Positions 17,161-26,556 of a stretch of DNA of 64,000 nucleotides are shown in pieces. Where the stretch lies: positions 420,707-484,706 of the forward strand of contig JAWLHJ010000002.1 in the NCBI GenBank assembly GCA_041690395.1, given 5' to 3'. Numbering within the stretch: the first letter of the stretch is position 1; each line of letters opens with the position of its first letter. Source of the stretch: Longimicrobiales bacterium (lineage in GTDB: Bacteria > Gemmatimonadota > Gemmatimonadetes > Longimicrobiales > Gaopeijiaceae). A model generated the notes under the pieces. That model worked only from the letters and a program-made list of their open reading frames with translations, made no database searches and was not told where the DNA came from. Made by a program: the position numbers and the translations under genes.

Positions 17161-19703
17161 TCGCCCCTCAACGCCAACGCAGGTGACGAGCGCGCCATGC
17201 GCCAGGCCGGGTAGACACCGGCGACGAGCGCGCCGGCGAGAGCCAGCACCACGCCCTGGGCGAGGATCTCGGGCCCGACCTCCATGCGGAGGGTCCAGCC
17301 GAACGAACGCTTGTTGACCACGAAGATCATCACCCATGAGAGCACCAGTCCGACCGGGACCGCGAGGACGCCGGACACCAGCCCCAGGATCCCGGTCTGC
17401 CCCACGACGAGCCCCCGCACCTGGCCTGGAGTGAGCCCCACGGCCCGGAGCACGCCGAACTCGCGGGCCCGCTCGAGCTCCAGGGCCATCAGCGCGCTGA
17501 GGACACCGACGAACGCGACGATGAACGCGAGCAGGCGAAGAACGCCGGTCACCCGGAACGTCCGATCGAACACGTCGAGTGAAGCCTCGCGGAGCGCCCG
17601 GTTGGTGCGGGCCACGACCGATCGGCCCTCCGGAACGCGGAGCAGAAGCTCGCCCACGACGGAGCCCTCGTCCGTGCCCGGCCGCAGGAACAGCGCGAGC
17701 GACGTGACCCCAGGATCGTCGTAGAAGCGGTCGTAGACCGGGCGCGCCATCATGACCGTGCCCTGCTCCGAGCCGTAGTCGTGGAAGACGCCGGCGACCG
17801 GGAGCTCACGGGGCCCCGACGGGGTCGAGAGCCGCACCGGATCGCCGATCTCCAGCCCCCTCCTGAACGCGAACGGCTCCGACACGATGACCCCCTCACC
17901 GGCCCCGAACGCCGACATGGCCTCTTCCGGGGACCCGGACACGAAGTCGAACGCCTCCTCGCCCCGGGGATCGAGATCCAGGGCGACCAGCCGGTACAGG
18001 CCGTCCTCGGCCACGACGTCGATTCCTCGGTACGTGCTGTGCCCGACGACCGCGGGGTGCGCGACGAACGCCTCGAGCAGACCGGGAGGGAGGGTGCCCG
18101 ACGCCCGGGAGCTCTGGGGTCCGGGGAGCGACACGTAGACGTCGGCCTGAAGCGTGCCGTCGAGCCACCGGATCAGGGTGCCGCGGAAGCTGTCGATCAT
18201 CACGCCGAGCCCGACCGTGACCGAGACCGCGACCACCAGCGCGGCCACGGCGGGCGCCGTCCGACTGAGCGCGGTCACGACGCCCCGCGCCGCCATGGCA
18301 CCGAGCACGCCGGCGACACGCTGGAGGGCCGGGGCGAGCCCCCGCACCATGAGCACCGTGGCCGCCGGAGTCAGCGCGGCCATCCCCAGGATGACGAGGA
18401 AGAGCGCACCGAAGCTGAGCGCGAGGCTCCGCGACGGGATCGCCATCAGCGCGGCCCCGGTGGCGAGCATGGCGGCGCCCCAGCGAGCGGCGAGCGGAAC
18501 CGTGCGCCGCGCGCGCTCCTCCGAGCTCGACCGGAGCGTGGCGAGGCGCGGCGAGACGGACGCCGCCTCGAGGGCCGGTGCGGCGGACGCGAGCAACGTG
18601 GCGCCGATGCCCAGCGCGAGGCCCTTCGCGAGCACGACCGGGTCGACGGCGACCCCCTCCACCGACACGGTGAAGTAGAGGTCGTTGATGGTGCGGGTCA
18701 CCAGGCGCACCAACCCACGCCCCAGCACCACGCCGATGCCGACCCCCAACACCGCGCCGACGGAGCCGATCCAGAGGGCTTCGCGCAGGATCATCCGGAC
18801 GATCTCGCGCCGACCCACGCCGAGGGCCCGGAGACGGCCGAGCAGGGCGTGGCGCTGGACCACCGAGAAAGTCATCGCATTGTAGATCAGGAACATCCCG
18901 AAGATCAGCGCGAGCAGGCTGAGTGCCGTGAGGTTCAGGTCGAACGCGGCGATCATGCCGCTCATCGTGTCGGTGCGGGTCCCGGCCGGCTCGAGGCGCG
19001 AGCCGTCGGGGAGCGCGGCCTCGACCCGGCGCGCCAGCACCGCTCCCGCGTCGCCATCCGGGAGGCGCAGGTCGATGCGGCTCAGACGACCGGCCTCGCC
19101 CGTCATGTCCTGGACGCTCGCCAGGTCCATGAGCAGGACGTCCGAGAGGCCGATGCGCGCGAGCCGGTCCTCGGGGGCGAGCGTGCCCGCGACGACGAGG
19201 GCGAAGCTCCGCCCGTCGAGCTCGAACGGGAGCGTGTCTCCGATGGCGACGCCGGCCAGGCTCGCCGTCTCCGAGGAGAGGACGACCGCGTAGGGCGTGG
19301 TCATGAAGTCCGAGACCTCGAGGTCGGCTGCGGAGCCGGCCACGTAGGGGCGGAACGGGCCTTCCGAGAGGGGGTCGACACCGAGCGCGGTGAGGGCCCG
19401 CCCCGGCATCCGCGGAGACGAGCCCACCGCCTCCACCACGGGCGCCGCGTCCCGAACGCCCAGCTCGATCCTCAGGGTGGCCACGAGCATCTCGTCCACG
19501 GTGCCGACGTCGCTGACGACCTGGTGGGTCGCGCGTCCCGAGACCGTCTCCGACGACACCCGGAAACCCGTCCGGGCGCTCTGGATGGACAGGTCGATGG
19601 CCACGACGACACCAACGCCGAGCGCCACCCCCAGCACGGAGAGGACGAGCTGGGTGCGGTGCCCCACCAAGTGGCGGAAGCTGGAGCGGGTGAGGAGCCT
19701 CAC
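17157..19703 (-). CDS. FtsX/MacB-like ABC permease (AttG-like), duplicated architecture
   Basis: SVLGVALGVGVVVAIDL, LRALG/LRAVG repeats, VNKRSFGWT. Confidence 0.9.
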   Translation of the reverse strand: MRLLTRSSFRHLVGHRTQLVLSVLGVALGVGVVVAIDLSIQSARTGFRVSSETVSGRATHQVVSDVGTVDEMLVATLRIELGVRDAAPVVEAVGSSPRMPGRALTALGVDPLSEGPFRPYVAGSAADLEVSDFMTTPYAVVLSSETASLAGVAIGDTLPFELDGRSFALVVAGTLAPEDRLARIGLSDVLLMDLASVQDMTGEAGRLSRIDLRLPDGDAGAVLARRVEAALPDGSRLEPAGTRTDTMSGMIAAFDLNLTALSLLALIFGMFLIYNAMTFSVVQRHALLGRLRALGVGRREIVRMILREALWIGSVGAVLGVGIGVVLGRGLVRLVTRTINDLYFTVSVEGVAVDPVVLAKGLALGIGATLLASAAPALEAASVSPRLATLRSSSEERARRTVPLAARWGAAMLATGAALMAIPSRSLALSFGALFLVILGMAALTPAATVLMVRGLAPALQRVAGVLGAMAARGVVTALSRTAPAVAALVVAVSVTVGLGVMIDSFRGTLIRWLDGTLQADVYVSLPGPQSSRASGTLPPGLLEAFVAHPAVVGHSTYRGIDVVAEDGLYRLVALDLDPRGEEAFDFVSGSPEEAMSAFGAGEGVIVSEPFAFRRGLEIGDPVRLSTPSGPRELPVAGVFHDYGSEQGTVMMARPVYDRFYDDPGVTSLALFLRPGTDEGSVVGELLLRVPEGRSVVARTNRALREASLDVFDRTFRVTGVLRLLAFIVAFVGVLSALMALELERAREFGVLRAVGLTPGQVRGLVVGQTGILGLVSGVLAVPVGLVLSWVMIFVVNKRSFGWTLRMEVGPEILAQGVVLALAGALVAGVYPAWRMARSSPALALRGE

Positions 19704-20386
19704 GACGCGTCCGGCGTCACCTGTCCATGACGGACGCGGAGGATCCGGTCCATGCGTCCCGCCAGATCGGACGAATGGGTCACCACCACCAACGTGAGCC
19801 CGTCCTTCTCGACGAGCTCGTCGAGAAGGGCGACGACTCGCTCCCCCGTCTCCTCGTCCAGATTGCCCGTCGGCTCGTCGGCGAGCACGACCCGCGGCCG
19901 GTGCACGATGGCCCGTGCGACCGCGACGCGCTGTTGCTCCCCGCCCGACAGCCGGTCCGGATAGGCGGAGGCGCGCTCCGCGAGCCCCACGGCGTCGAGG
20001 AGCCCCAGGGCCCGGTCCCGGCCGGCCGCGTCTCCCGAGCCCGTGAGCTCCAGGGGGAGCAGCAGGTTCTCCAGGACCGTGAGCGTCGGGATCAGGTTGA
20101 AGAACTGGAACACGAAGCCCAGGCGCTCACGCCGGAACAGCGTCCTACGCCGTTCGGACAGGGCCGTGAGGTCGGTGCCCCCGACCCGGACGGTGCCGGC
20201 GTCGGGAAGGTCGATTCCGCTGATGAGGTTGAGGAGCGTCGACTTTCCGGAGCCCGAGGGTCCCAGCACGGCGACGCGCTCGGCCTCCCGCACGGACACA
20301 TCGACTCCGTCGAGGACGACGTGGTCGACGTCCCCCTCCCGGTACCCCTTCCGAACGTCCCGCAGCTCGATGGCCGGCCCTGCCAT
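19700..20386 (-). CDS. LolD/MacB-type ABC ATP-binding protein (AttE-like)
   Basis: GPSGSGKST, LSGGEQQR, LADEPTGNLD. Confidence 0.93.
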   Translation of the reverse strand: MAGPAIELRDVRKGYREGDVDHVVLDGVDVSVREAERVAVLGPSGSGKSTLLNLISGIDLPDAGTVRVGGTDLTALSERRRTLFRRERLGFVFQFFNLIPTLTVLENLLLPLELTGSGDAAGRDRALGLLDAVGLAERASAYPDRLSGGEQQRVAVARAIVHRPRVVLADEPTGNLDEETGERVVALLDELVEKDGLTLVVVTHSSDLAGRMDRILRVRHGQVTPDAS

Positions 20387-20427
20387 GGATCTCCTATGGA
20401 GAGAGCTTCCCTGGGCCGGGCCGCCGG

Positions 20428-20913
20428 TCAGCGCCCTCCGCCCTCCAGCTGCTGAGGCAGCGTGAGAAGCTTCTTCACTCGATACTGCCGATTACCCGCG
20501 GGCAGACGGATGGTGACCTCCTCGCCCTCCCCGGCGCCCAGCAGCCCCTGGCCGATGGGCGACGCGAGCGACACCTGGCCGGCGTCGAGGTCGATGAAGT
20601 CACCCGCCGTGATGGTGAAGTCGTACTCTTCGTCCCCGTCGAGGTCGTGGACCGTCACGCGGGAGCCGAATCCGACCTTGTCGTAGGCCATGTCCGAGAC
20701 GTCGATCTTCGAGAGCTCGGACATGCGCGACGTGAGGTGGTTCAGGCGCGCCTCCACGAATGACTGGCGCTCCTTGGCCGACTTGTACTCCGAGTTCTCC
20801 CGAAGATCCCCGTGCTCCATCGCGATCTTGATCCGCTCCGGCAACTCCACCTGGAGCTCGTGGGTCAGACGCGTGATCTCTTGTTCGATCTTTTCCCGGA
20901 TCTGTTCCAACAT
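20428..20913 (-). CDS. greA: Transcription elongation factor GreA
   Basis: HGDLRENSEYKSAKE, VGFGSRV, SLASPIGQGLLG. Confidence 0.9.
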   Translation of the reverse strand: MLEQIREKIEQEITRLTHELQVELPERIKIAMEHGDLRENSEYKSAKERQSFVEARLNHLTSRMSELSKIDVSDMAYDKVGFGSRVTVHDLDGDEEYDFTITAGDFIDLDAGQVSLASPIGQGLLGAGEGEEVTIRLPAGNRQYRVKKLLTLPQQLEGGGR

Positions 20914-21101
20914 GGAGCACCTCGTGTCTCGGAAAGCAAGCCGCCGTCCCGGACTCGGGGCCGGGGCGGCGGTGATCTTGAAGGATATGAACGCGGACGC
21001 CGGGACGGAAGCGCTGCCCCGGCGTACGCGGCGCTGGCCGCGACCGCCCTTACGGATACATTTTGCATCCGTGATCGATCCGTGACCGATGGAGCCCCCC
21101 C

Positions 21102-22607
21102 TTGATCCTCCCCCACGACCCGAAGCGCAACCACGACGACTCCGTCGCCTGGACGCCGTTCGATCCGGGCGACGCGCCGGAGCTCCCGGCCTCCGTGGAC
21201 GGGGCGGGACGCGTTGTGGCGGTCATCGCATCGGTCGAGTTGGTGGGCGTCGGTTGGGCCGTATCCGTGGCTACCGAGCTCGCCCGGGTCTGGGCCGGGC
21301 GACGACCGGGCGTCGTCCTCGTGGATACCGACCTCGCGAGGCCGCGCCTCCACCACGCGGTGCGCGTGGACAACGCCGTGGGCCTGGCGGAGGTGCTCAG
21401 GGGAGAGGCCCCGGTGGCCAGCGCGACCCGCGTGGTGGACGAGGACCGCCTCTTCTGCGTTCCCGCCGGGAACGCTCCGGAAGACCCCGGCCAGGGCTTC
21501 GATCCCGCCCGCTGGTCGAGGCTCTGTGATGCCTTCTCGGAAGCCGGGGTCACCGTGGTGGCCTACGTCCCGGCGAACGCGACGTGGATCGGGGACGTGC
21601 TCGAAACCGCGACCGACGTCATCGAGCTGACAGAGCAGCACCGCTCGCTCGACTGGCCGCGGGAGGGTGCTCCCCCGGTTCGCGCGGTGCTCGGACCGAT
21701 GCCCCTGGTCCGCCCCCCCTCTGACCCGACCGGGAGGGAGCGGACCGGTTCCGCCCCTCTCCTCGGATTCGACGTGGACAATGGTGAGGAGGACGGCGAG
21801 GACGGTGGCGAGGAGCTCTCCGTCGAGAAGCACGAGCGAAGCGACCGGAGCACCGTCTCGGCCGGTGGAGCCACTGTGGGCGACGTCTCGGTGGACGACG
21901 TCCTCTCGCGTGCCGGGAGCGCGGAGGGCAAGACGGGTTCCCGCACCGCCATCACGGTCGTCGCCCTCATCCTGGTTCTGGCGCTCGGCGCCTGGGCCGC
22001 GATCCGGCTCGGCAGCGGGACGCCGCCGTCCTCTGCCGAGGCGGCCGGTTTTTCCGGGAGTGCCGCGCGCGCGACGGCCGTCCCGGCCACGGTCCCGCCG
22101 CGGCCCGTGCCGCCGAATGCCGACTTCTCGGTCGCCGTGGCCTCGTACGCCGACGCCGACCGGGCCGAGGAGCGCCGCGCGCGGCTCGCCGGGCTCGTGC
22201 CCGCGCTCCCGTGGTTCGTCGCGCCGGTCCAGATCGACGGAGTCGCCTACCACCGCGTGATGGGCGGGCTCGTGGCCGATTCCGCGGCCGCCCTGGCGTT
22301 GGGCGCGGAGCTGGCCCGGGAGGGCCGAGGCGGGATCGGACAGTGGATCGCGCGGCCGACCGGATGGGTGCTCGACTTCGGCGAGCACGCGGAGCTACCG
22401 GCGGCGGAGCGGGAAGTGGAGCGGATCCGGGACCAGGGGATCCCGGCCCAGCTCGCCGAGGTCCGTTTCACCGACCAGACCGTCCGGTACCGGATCTACG
22501 CCGGCGGATACCGTGACGCGGCCGAGGCGTCGTACCTGGCGGGCGTCGCGGAAGCGGAAGGCCTCGATGTGCGGCCCGCGCGTCGCATGGGGCGGCCCCC
22601 GGGCTGA
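21102..22607 (+). CDS. Membrane protein: degenerate MinD/BY-kinase-like N-domain, acidic linker, TM, SPOR-like domains
   Basis: VVLVDTDLARPRLH...GLAEVL; TM ITVVALILVLALGAWAAI; C-terminal SPOR-like YHRVMGG and YRIYAGGY. Start uncertain. Confidence 0.65.
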   Translation: MILPHDPKRNHDDSVAWTPFDPGDAPELPASVDGAGRVVAVIASVELVGVGWAVSVATELARVWAGRRPGVVLVDTDLARPRLHHAVRVDNAVGLAEVLRGEAPVASATRVVDEDRLFCVPAGNAPEDPGQGFDPARWSRLCDAFSEAGVTVVAYVPANATWIGDVLETATDVIELTEQHRSLDWPREGAPPVRAVLGPMPLVRPPSDPTGRERTGSAPLLGFDVDNGEEDGEDGGEELSVEKHERSDRSTVSAGGATVGDVSVDDVLSRAGSAEGKTGSRTAITVVALILVLALGAWAAIRLGSGTPPSSAEAAGFSGSAARATAVPATVPPRPVPPNADFSVAVASYADADRAEERRARLAGLVPALPWFVAPVQIDGVAYHRVMGGLVADSAAALALGAELAREGRGGIGQWIARPTGWVLDFGEHAELPAAEREVERIRDQGIPAQLAEVRFTDQTVRYRIYAGGYRDAAEASYLAGVAEAEGLDVRPARRMGRPPG

Positions 22608-22660
22608 GCGCGCCGGGGAGATCGCGGCGAGCTCGGCGGAAGTCCCGAGGGGTCCTGCCC

Positions 22661-24211
22661 TCACCCCTTCCGGAAGTAGATGTGCCGCCGCCACCGATCG
22701 TCCGGAACGGGATGATCGGCGCGGAAGTGGGCGCCCCTGGACTCCTCCCGCAGGAGCGCGGCCTCGGTCGCCAGTCGCGCGCAGGTGAGGAGCGCGCCGA
22801 CTTCGTATCCTTCACGGCTCCTTGCGTCTCCCGTGCCCGCGGACCAGCTCCGGAGCCTCGCCGACGCCCGCTCGAGCCCCTCGCCGGTCCTCACGATCCC
22901 CACGTCGCGCCACATGAGATCACGCACGCCCTGACGGGTCGGCGGAACGTCGGGAGCTTCTCCGACCGGGAGCGCACGTGCGTCCGGATGCGGCTCGGGG
23001 GGTGCGGGCGTCGGGCTCGGCGGATCGACCAGCCGCTGCACCGCCCGATGGGCGAACACGACCGTCTCGAGCAGCGAGTTCGACGCGAGTCGATTGGCGC
23101 CGTGGACCCCTGTGCAGGCGACCTCACCGACGGCGAAAAGCCCCGGCACCGTCGTCTCCCCCCACGTGTTGGTCCGCACGCCGCCCATGGAGTAGTGCGC
23201 GGCCGGTGACACCGGAATGCGGTCCCTGGCCATATCGAGCCCGGCCTCGAGGCACGTGGCGTAGATCTTCGGGAAGCGCGCGGCGAGCCACGCCGCGTCG
23301 CGGGAGGTCGCGTCGAGCAGCACGTGGTCGCTGTCCGTCTCGAGCATCTCGCGCAGGGCGGCGCGCGCCACGATGTCCCGGCCTGCGAGCTCGGCCCGCT
23401 CGGCGTCGTACCGTGGCATGAAGCGCTCCCCCCGGACGTTGTAGAGCAGCGCCCCCTCGCCCCGCACGGCCTCCGAGATGAGGAAGACCGGCTTGTTCGG
23501 CAGGACCAGCGCCGTGGGGTGGAACTGGGTGAACTCCATATCCATCACGTCCGCCCCCGCCTCGTAGGCGAGCGCGACCCCGTCACCGGTCGAGACCGGG
23601 GGGTTCGTCGTGGTCCGGTACATACGCCCCGCCCCACCGGTCGCGAGCACGACCACCGGGGCCTGGTACACCCGATGGACACCCTCCCGATGGAAGAACA
23701 CCTCCACGCCCGTGACGCGGCCTCCTTCCGTCATGATCCGGCTGGCCAGAGCGTGCTCCAGCACGGTGCCCCGGTCGCGCGCGAGACTCGACAGGGAGAT
23801 CTCGATCTCGAGACCGGTCGCGTCTCCACGCGCATGGAGGATGCGCGCCTTCGAGTGGGCGGCCTCCCGTCCGAGCGCCACCTCGCCGTCGCTGGTGTCG
23901 AAGCGGACGCCGTAGCGGACGAGATCGGCCACCCTGTCGGACGCCTCGTAGCACAGGATGCGGGCGGCTTCCTCATCCACGAGGCCCGCTCCCGCCTCCA
24001 GGGTGTCCCGTAGGTGGAGCGCAGGATCGTCTCCCGGGCCGACGGCGGCGGCGATGCCGCCCTGAGCGTAGCGCGTGGAAGCCTCCGCGATCCCGCTCTT
24101 CGTGACCACGAGGACGCGCCCGGGTGCCTCGAGCGCGGCGTAGAGACCGGCGATCCCCGAGCCGACGACGATCAGGTCGTAGGCGTCGCCGTCGGCGGCC
24201 GGGTCGCTCAA
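22661..24211 (-). CDS. nadB: L-aspartate oxidase
   Basis: VVGSGIAGL, STRYAQGGIAA, EAAHS, QFHPT, SEAVRGEG, AHYSMGG, HGANRLASNSL, ESRGAH; TTG start overlaps tyrS stop. Confidence 0.95.
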   Translation of the reverse strand: MSDPAADGDAYDLIVVGSGIAGLYAALEAPGRVLVVTKSGIAEASTRYAQGGIAAAVGPGDDPALHLRDTLEAGAGLVDEEAARILCYEASDRVADLVRYGVRFDTSDGEVALGREAAHSKARILHARGDATGLEIEISLSSLARDRGTVLEHALASRIMTEGGRVTGVEVFFHREGVHRVYQAPVVVLATGGAGRMYRTTTNPPVSTGDGVALAYEAGADVMDMEFTQFHPTALVLPNKPVFLISEAVRGEGALLYNVRGERFMPRYDAERAELAGRDIVARAALREMLETDSDHVLLDATSRDAAWLAARFPKIYATCLEAGLDMARDRIPVSPAAHYSMGGVRTNTWGETTVPGLFAVGEVACTGVHGANRLASNSLLETVVFAHRAVQRLVDPPSPTPAPPEPHPDARALPVGEAPDVPPTRQGVRDLMWRDVGIVRTGEGLERASARLRSWSAGTGDARSREGYEVGALLTCARLATEAALLREESRGAHFRADHPVPDDRWRRHIYFRKG

Positions 24212-25485
24212 CCCTGGATCTCGACCAGGTGGTAGCTCCGCTTCCCCTTCCGGATCACGAGGTAGCGCCCGTCGAGCGCCTGCTCGACGGCTACCACGTC
24301 GTCGACCGAGCCGATCCGGTCGTTGTTGAGGTACATCCCCCCGCCCTCGATCGCCCGTCGGGCATCCCCCCTGGACGTCGCCACGCCGGTCTCGACCAAC
24401 AGGTCGACGACGGGCATACCACCCGAGAACGCCTCCCGACCGATGCGGGTCGAGGGAACGTCGGCGAAGATCTCCTCGACCTCGCGCGATCCGAGCCCCT
24501 CGAGGCTCCCACCGAAGAGCGCGTCCGTCGCACGCCGGGCCGAGGCCAGCCCCGATGCCCCGTGCACGCGCTCCGTCACCTCGTCGGCGAGCGCCTTCTG
24601 GGCGACCCGACGATGCGGCTCGCGCTCCACCGCGTCTTCGAGCGCCGCGATCTCTTCGCGCTCCATGAGCGTGAAATACTTCAGGTACCGGACGACGTCG
24701 GCATCCTCGGTATTCACCCAGAACTGGTAGAACGCGTAGGGCGACGTCAGCTCCGGGTCGAGCCAGACGTTGCCGCCCTCCGACTTGCCGAACTTCGCGC
24801 CCGAGGCGTTCGTCACCAGCGGCATCACCGCGCCGAACACGCGCTCCCCATCGGCGCGCCGAACCAGGTCGATGCCCGCGGTGATGTTCCCCCACTGGTC
24901 GCTCCCTCCCATCTGGAGCGTGCACCCCTCGCGTCGGCGGAGCTCCAGGAAGTCGTAGGACTGGAGCAGCGCGTAGCTGAACTCGGTGTACGAGATGCCG
25001 GTCTCTTCGTTCTCGAGCCGGCGCTTCACGGACTCGCGGGCCATCATCTGGTTCACCGAGAAATGCTTGCCGACGTCCCGCAGGAACTCGACCAGCTTGA
25101 GCCCGCCCAGCCAGTCCAGGTTGTTTCGCATGCGCGCCGCGTTCGAGACGCCCTCGAAGTCGAGGAAGTGCTCGAGCTGAGCGCGTATACCGGCGGCGTT
25201 CTCCGCCGTCGCCTCGGCGGTGAGCAGCTGACGCTCCGCGGTCTTCCCGGATGGATCTCCGATGAGTCCGGTCCCCCCTCCGACCAGCGCGATGGGGGTA
25301 TGTCCCGCGCGCTGCAGGTGCACCAACCCCATGATCACGAGCAGGGATCCGACGTGGAGGCTGCGCGCCGTCGGATCGAATCCGATGTAACCGACCCTCG
25401 GAGCCTCCGCGAGGTGCTCTTCGACGCCGTGGGTGGCGTCCTGGAGAAGTCCGCGCCAACGAAGCTCTTCGAACAGGAGGGTCAT
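24208..25485 (-). CDS. tyrS: Tyrosine--tRNA ligase
   Basis: YIGFDPTARSLHVG, QMGGSDQWGNI, KFGKS, C-terminal S4 domain. Confidence 0.98.
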   Translation of the reverse strand: MTLLFEELRWRGLLQDATHGVEEHLAEAPRVGYIGFDPTARSLHVGSLLVIMGLVHLQRAGHTPIALVGGGTGLIGDPSGKTAERQLLTAEATAENAAGIRAQLEHFLDFEGVSNAARMRNNLDWLGGLKLVEFLRDVGKHFSVNQMMARESVKRRLENEETGISYTEFSYALLQSYDFLELRRREGCTLQMGGSDQWGNITAGIDLVRRADGERVFGAVMPLVTNASGAKFGKSEGGNVWLDPELTSPYAFYQFWVNTEDADVVRYLKYFTLMEREEIAALEDAVEREPHRRVAQKALADEVTERVHGASGLASARRATDALFGGSLEGLGSREVEEIFADVPSTRIGREAFSGGMPVVDLLVETGVATSRGDARRAIEGGGMYLNNDRIGSVDDVVAVEQALDGRYLVIRKGKRSYHLVEIQG

Positions 25486-25551
25486 GGGGCCGGGGGCTGG
25501 GGTGGTCGCGACTCGGGTCCGAACGGTAGCGAGCGCCCGGGGCCGGTCAAG

Positions 25552-26064
25552 TCACGACGCCGCACGAAGGTGAGCCTCGTGGTGCACCGCATGCCATGCG
25601 TACTGCTCGAGCATGTAGTCCAGCGTCACGTCGCCGATCTCCGGATGCCGCAGCGTGCGCTCGAAGTCGGCAGGGGTCATCGCCTGGAGCAGCATGACCC
25701 ACCGGGCATGGATCGCTTCGAGCAGTTGGAGGGACGGCCAGACCGGGGCCGCGCGGGCATCCGACAGGCGGGCCCAAGCATCCTGGTCGTACGGGCGGAT
25801 CGTCGGATGGTCCTCGGTCAGCGCGAGGCGGAAGCGCACGTATGCGTTCAGGTGGGAGTCGGCGAGGTGGTGGGTGAGCTGGCGGAGGGTCCAGCCGCCC
25901 TCCCGGTACGGCACGTCGAGCCGCCCGTCGTGGAGCCCCTCCACGATCTCCCGAACCCGTCGCGGGTGGGCCTCGAGGGTCGAGATGCGTTCCTCACGCT
26001 CCACCTCGGTCAATGGGCGACCGACCGAAGCGAAGGGGCCGATTGGATACCTGGGGTCGCTCAT
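25552..26064 (-). CDS. YfiT/BstA-family DinB thiol S-transferase
   Basis: RYPIG, YREGGWTLRQLTHHLADSH, YAWHAVHH. Confidence 0.9.
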   Translation of the reverse strand: MSDPRYPIGPFASVGRPLTEVEREERISTLEAHPRRVREIVEGLHDGRLDVPYREGGWTLRQLTHHLADSHLNAYVRFRLALTEDHPTIRPYDQDAWARLSDARAAPVWPSLQLLEAIHARWVMLLQAMTPADFERTLRHPEIGDVTLDYMLEQYAWHAVHHEAHLRAAS

Positions 26065-26174
26065 GCTGGTTGGACTCCATGCATGGGTTCCATTGATGTC
26101 AGGCTGTCGAGAGATCGATCCGGGCGTTATTCATACGAGTGCGTCTCGGTTCCACCCAGCACCCCCGATCCAAG

Positions 26175-26546
26175 ATGATTAGACCGGCAGCGGTCCTCGG
26201 CCTCTTGCTCGCGGCGTCCACGACCGCGTGCCTCGACGACTCCATAACGGGCACGCGCCCGCTCACGTTCTCGCTCGAGGCGGATCGGTCCTCCGCCCTG
26301 GTGGGAGACTCGGTCGTCTTCACCTACGATGCCACGGGGACCAGCATCTTCGCGGTGATCCTGGCATACGGTGACGGCGTGATCGACACCCTCCGGACCG
26401 GGAGCACCAACCAGGTCGAGCGGCGCGAATCCGTCGGCTACGCCTACGAGACCGCCGGATCGTACGAAGTGATCGGACGGGTCCTGACCGGAATCGGGGA
26501 AACGGCCGACACGGTCGATATCCAGATCAACGAAGGTACCGAGTGA
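26175..26546 (+). CDS. Hypothetical lipoprotein (PKD/Ig-like)
   Basis: Lipobox TTAC; beta-rich with YGDG and YETAGSY. Confidence 0.7.
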   Translation: MIRPAAVLGLLLAASTTACLDDSITGTRPLTFSLEADRSSALVGDSVVFTYDATGTSIFAVILAYGDGVIDTLRTGSTNQVERRESVGYAYETAGSYEVIGRVLTGIGETADTVDIQINEGTE

Positions 26547-26556
26547 GGGGGACGCC

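Noticed and set aside
21052..21085. Imperfect inverted repeat ACGGATACA-TTT-TGCATCCGT plus ATCCGTGA direct repeat between greA and the SPOR gene
   Set aside because: Possible operator, but a single instance with no identifiable regulator; too little support.
22661..25459. 932-aa ORF suggesting an extended NadB or fusion
   Set aside because: The extension overlaps tyrS in another frame; nadB starts at TTG 24211. The same artefact affects track ORFs 8788-10833, 8489-9898, 44549-46744 and 47662-49791.
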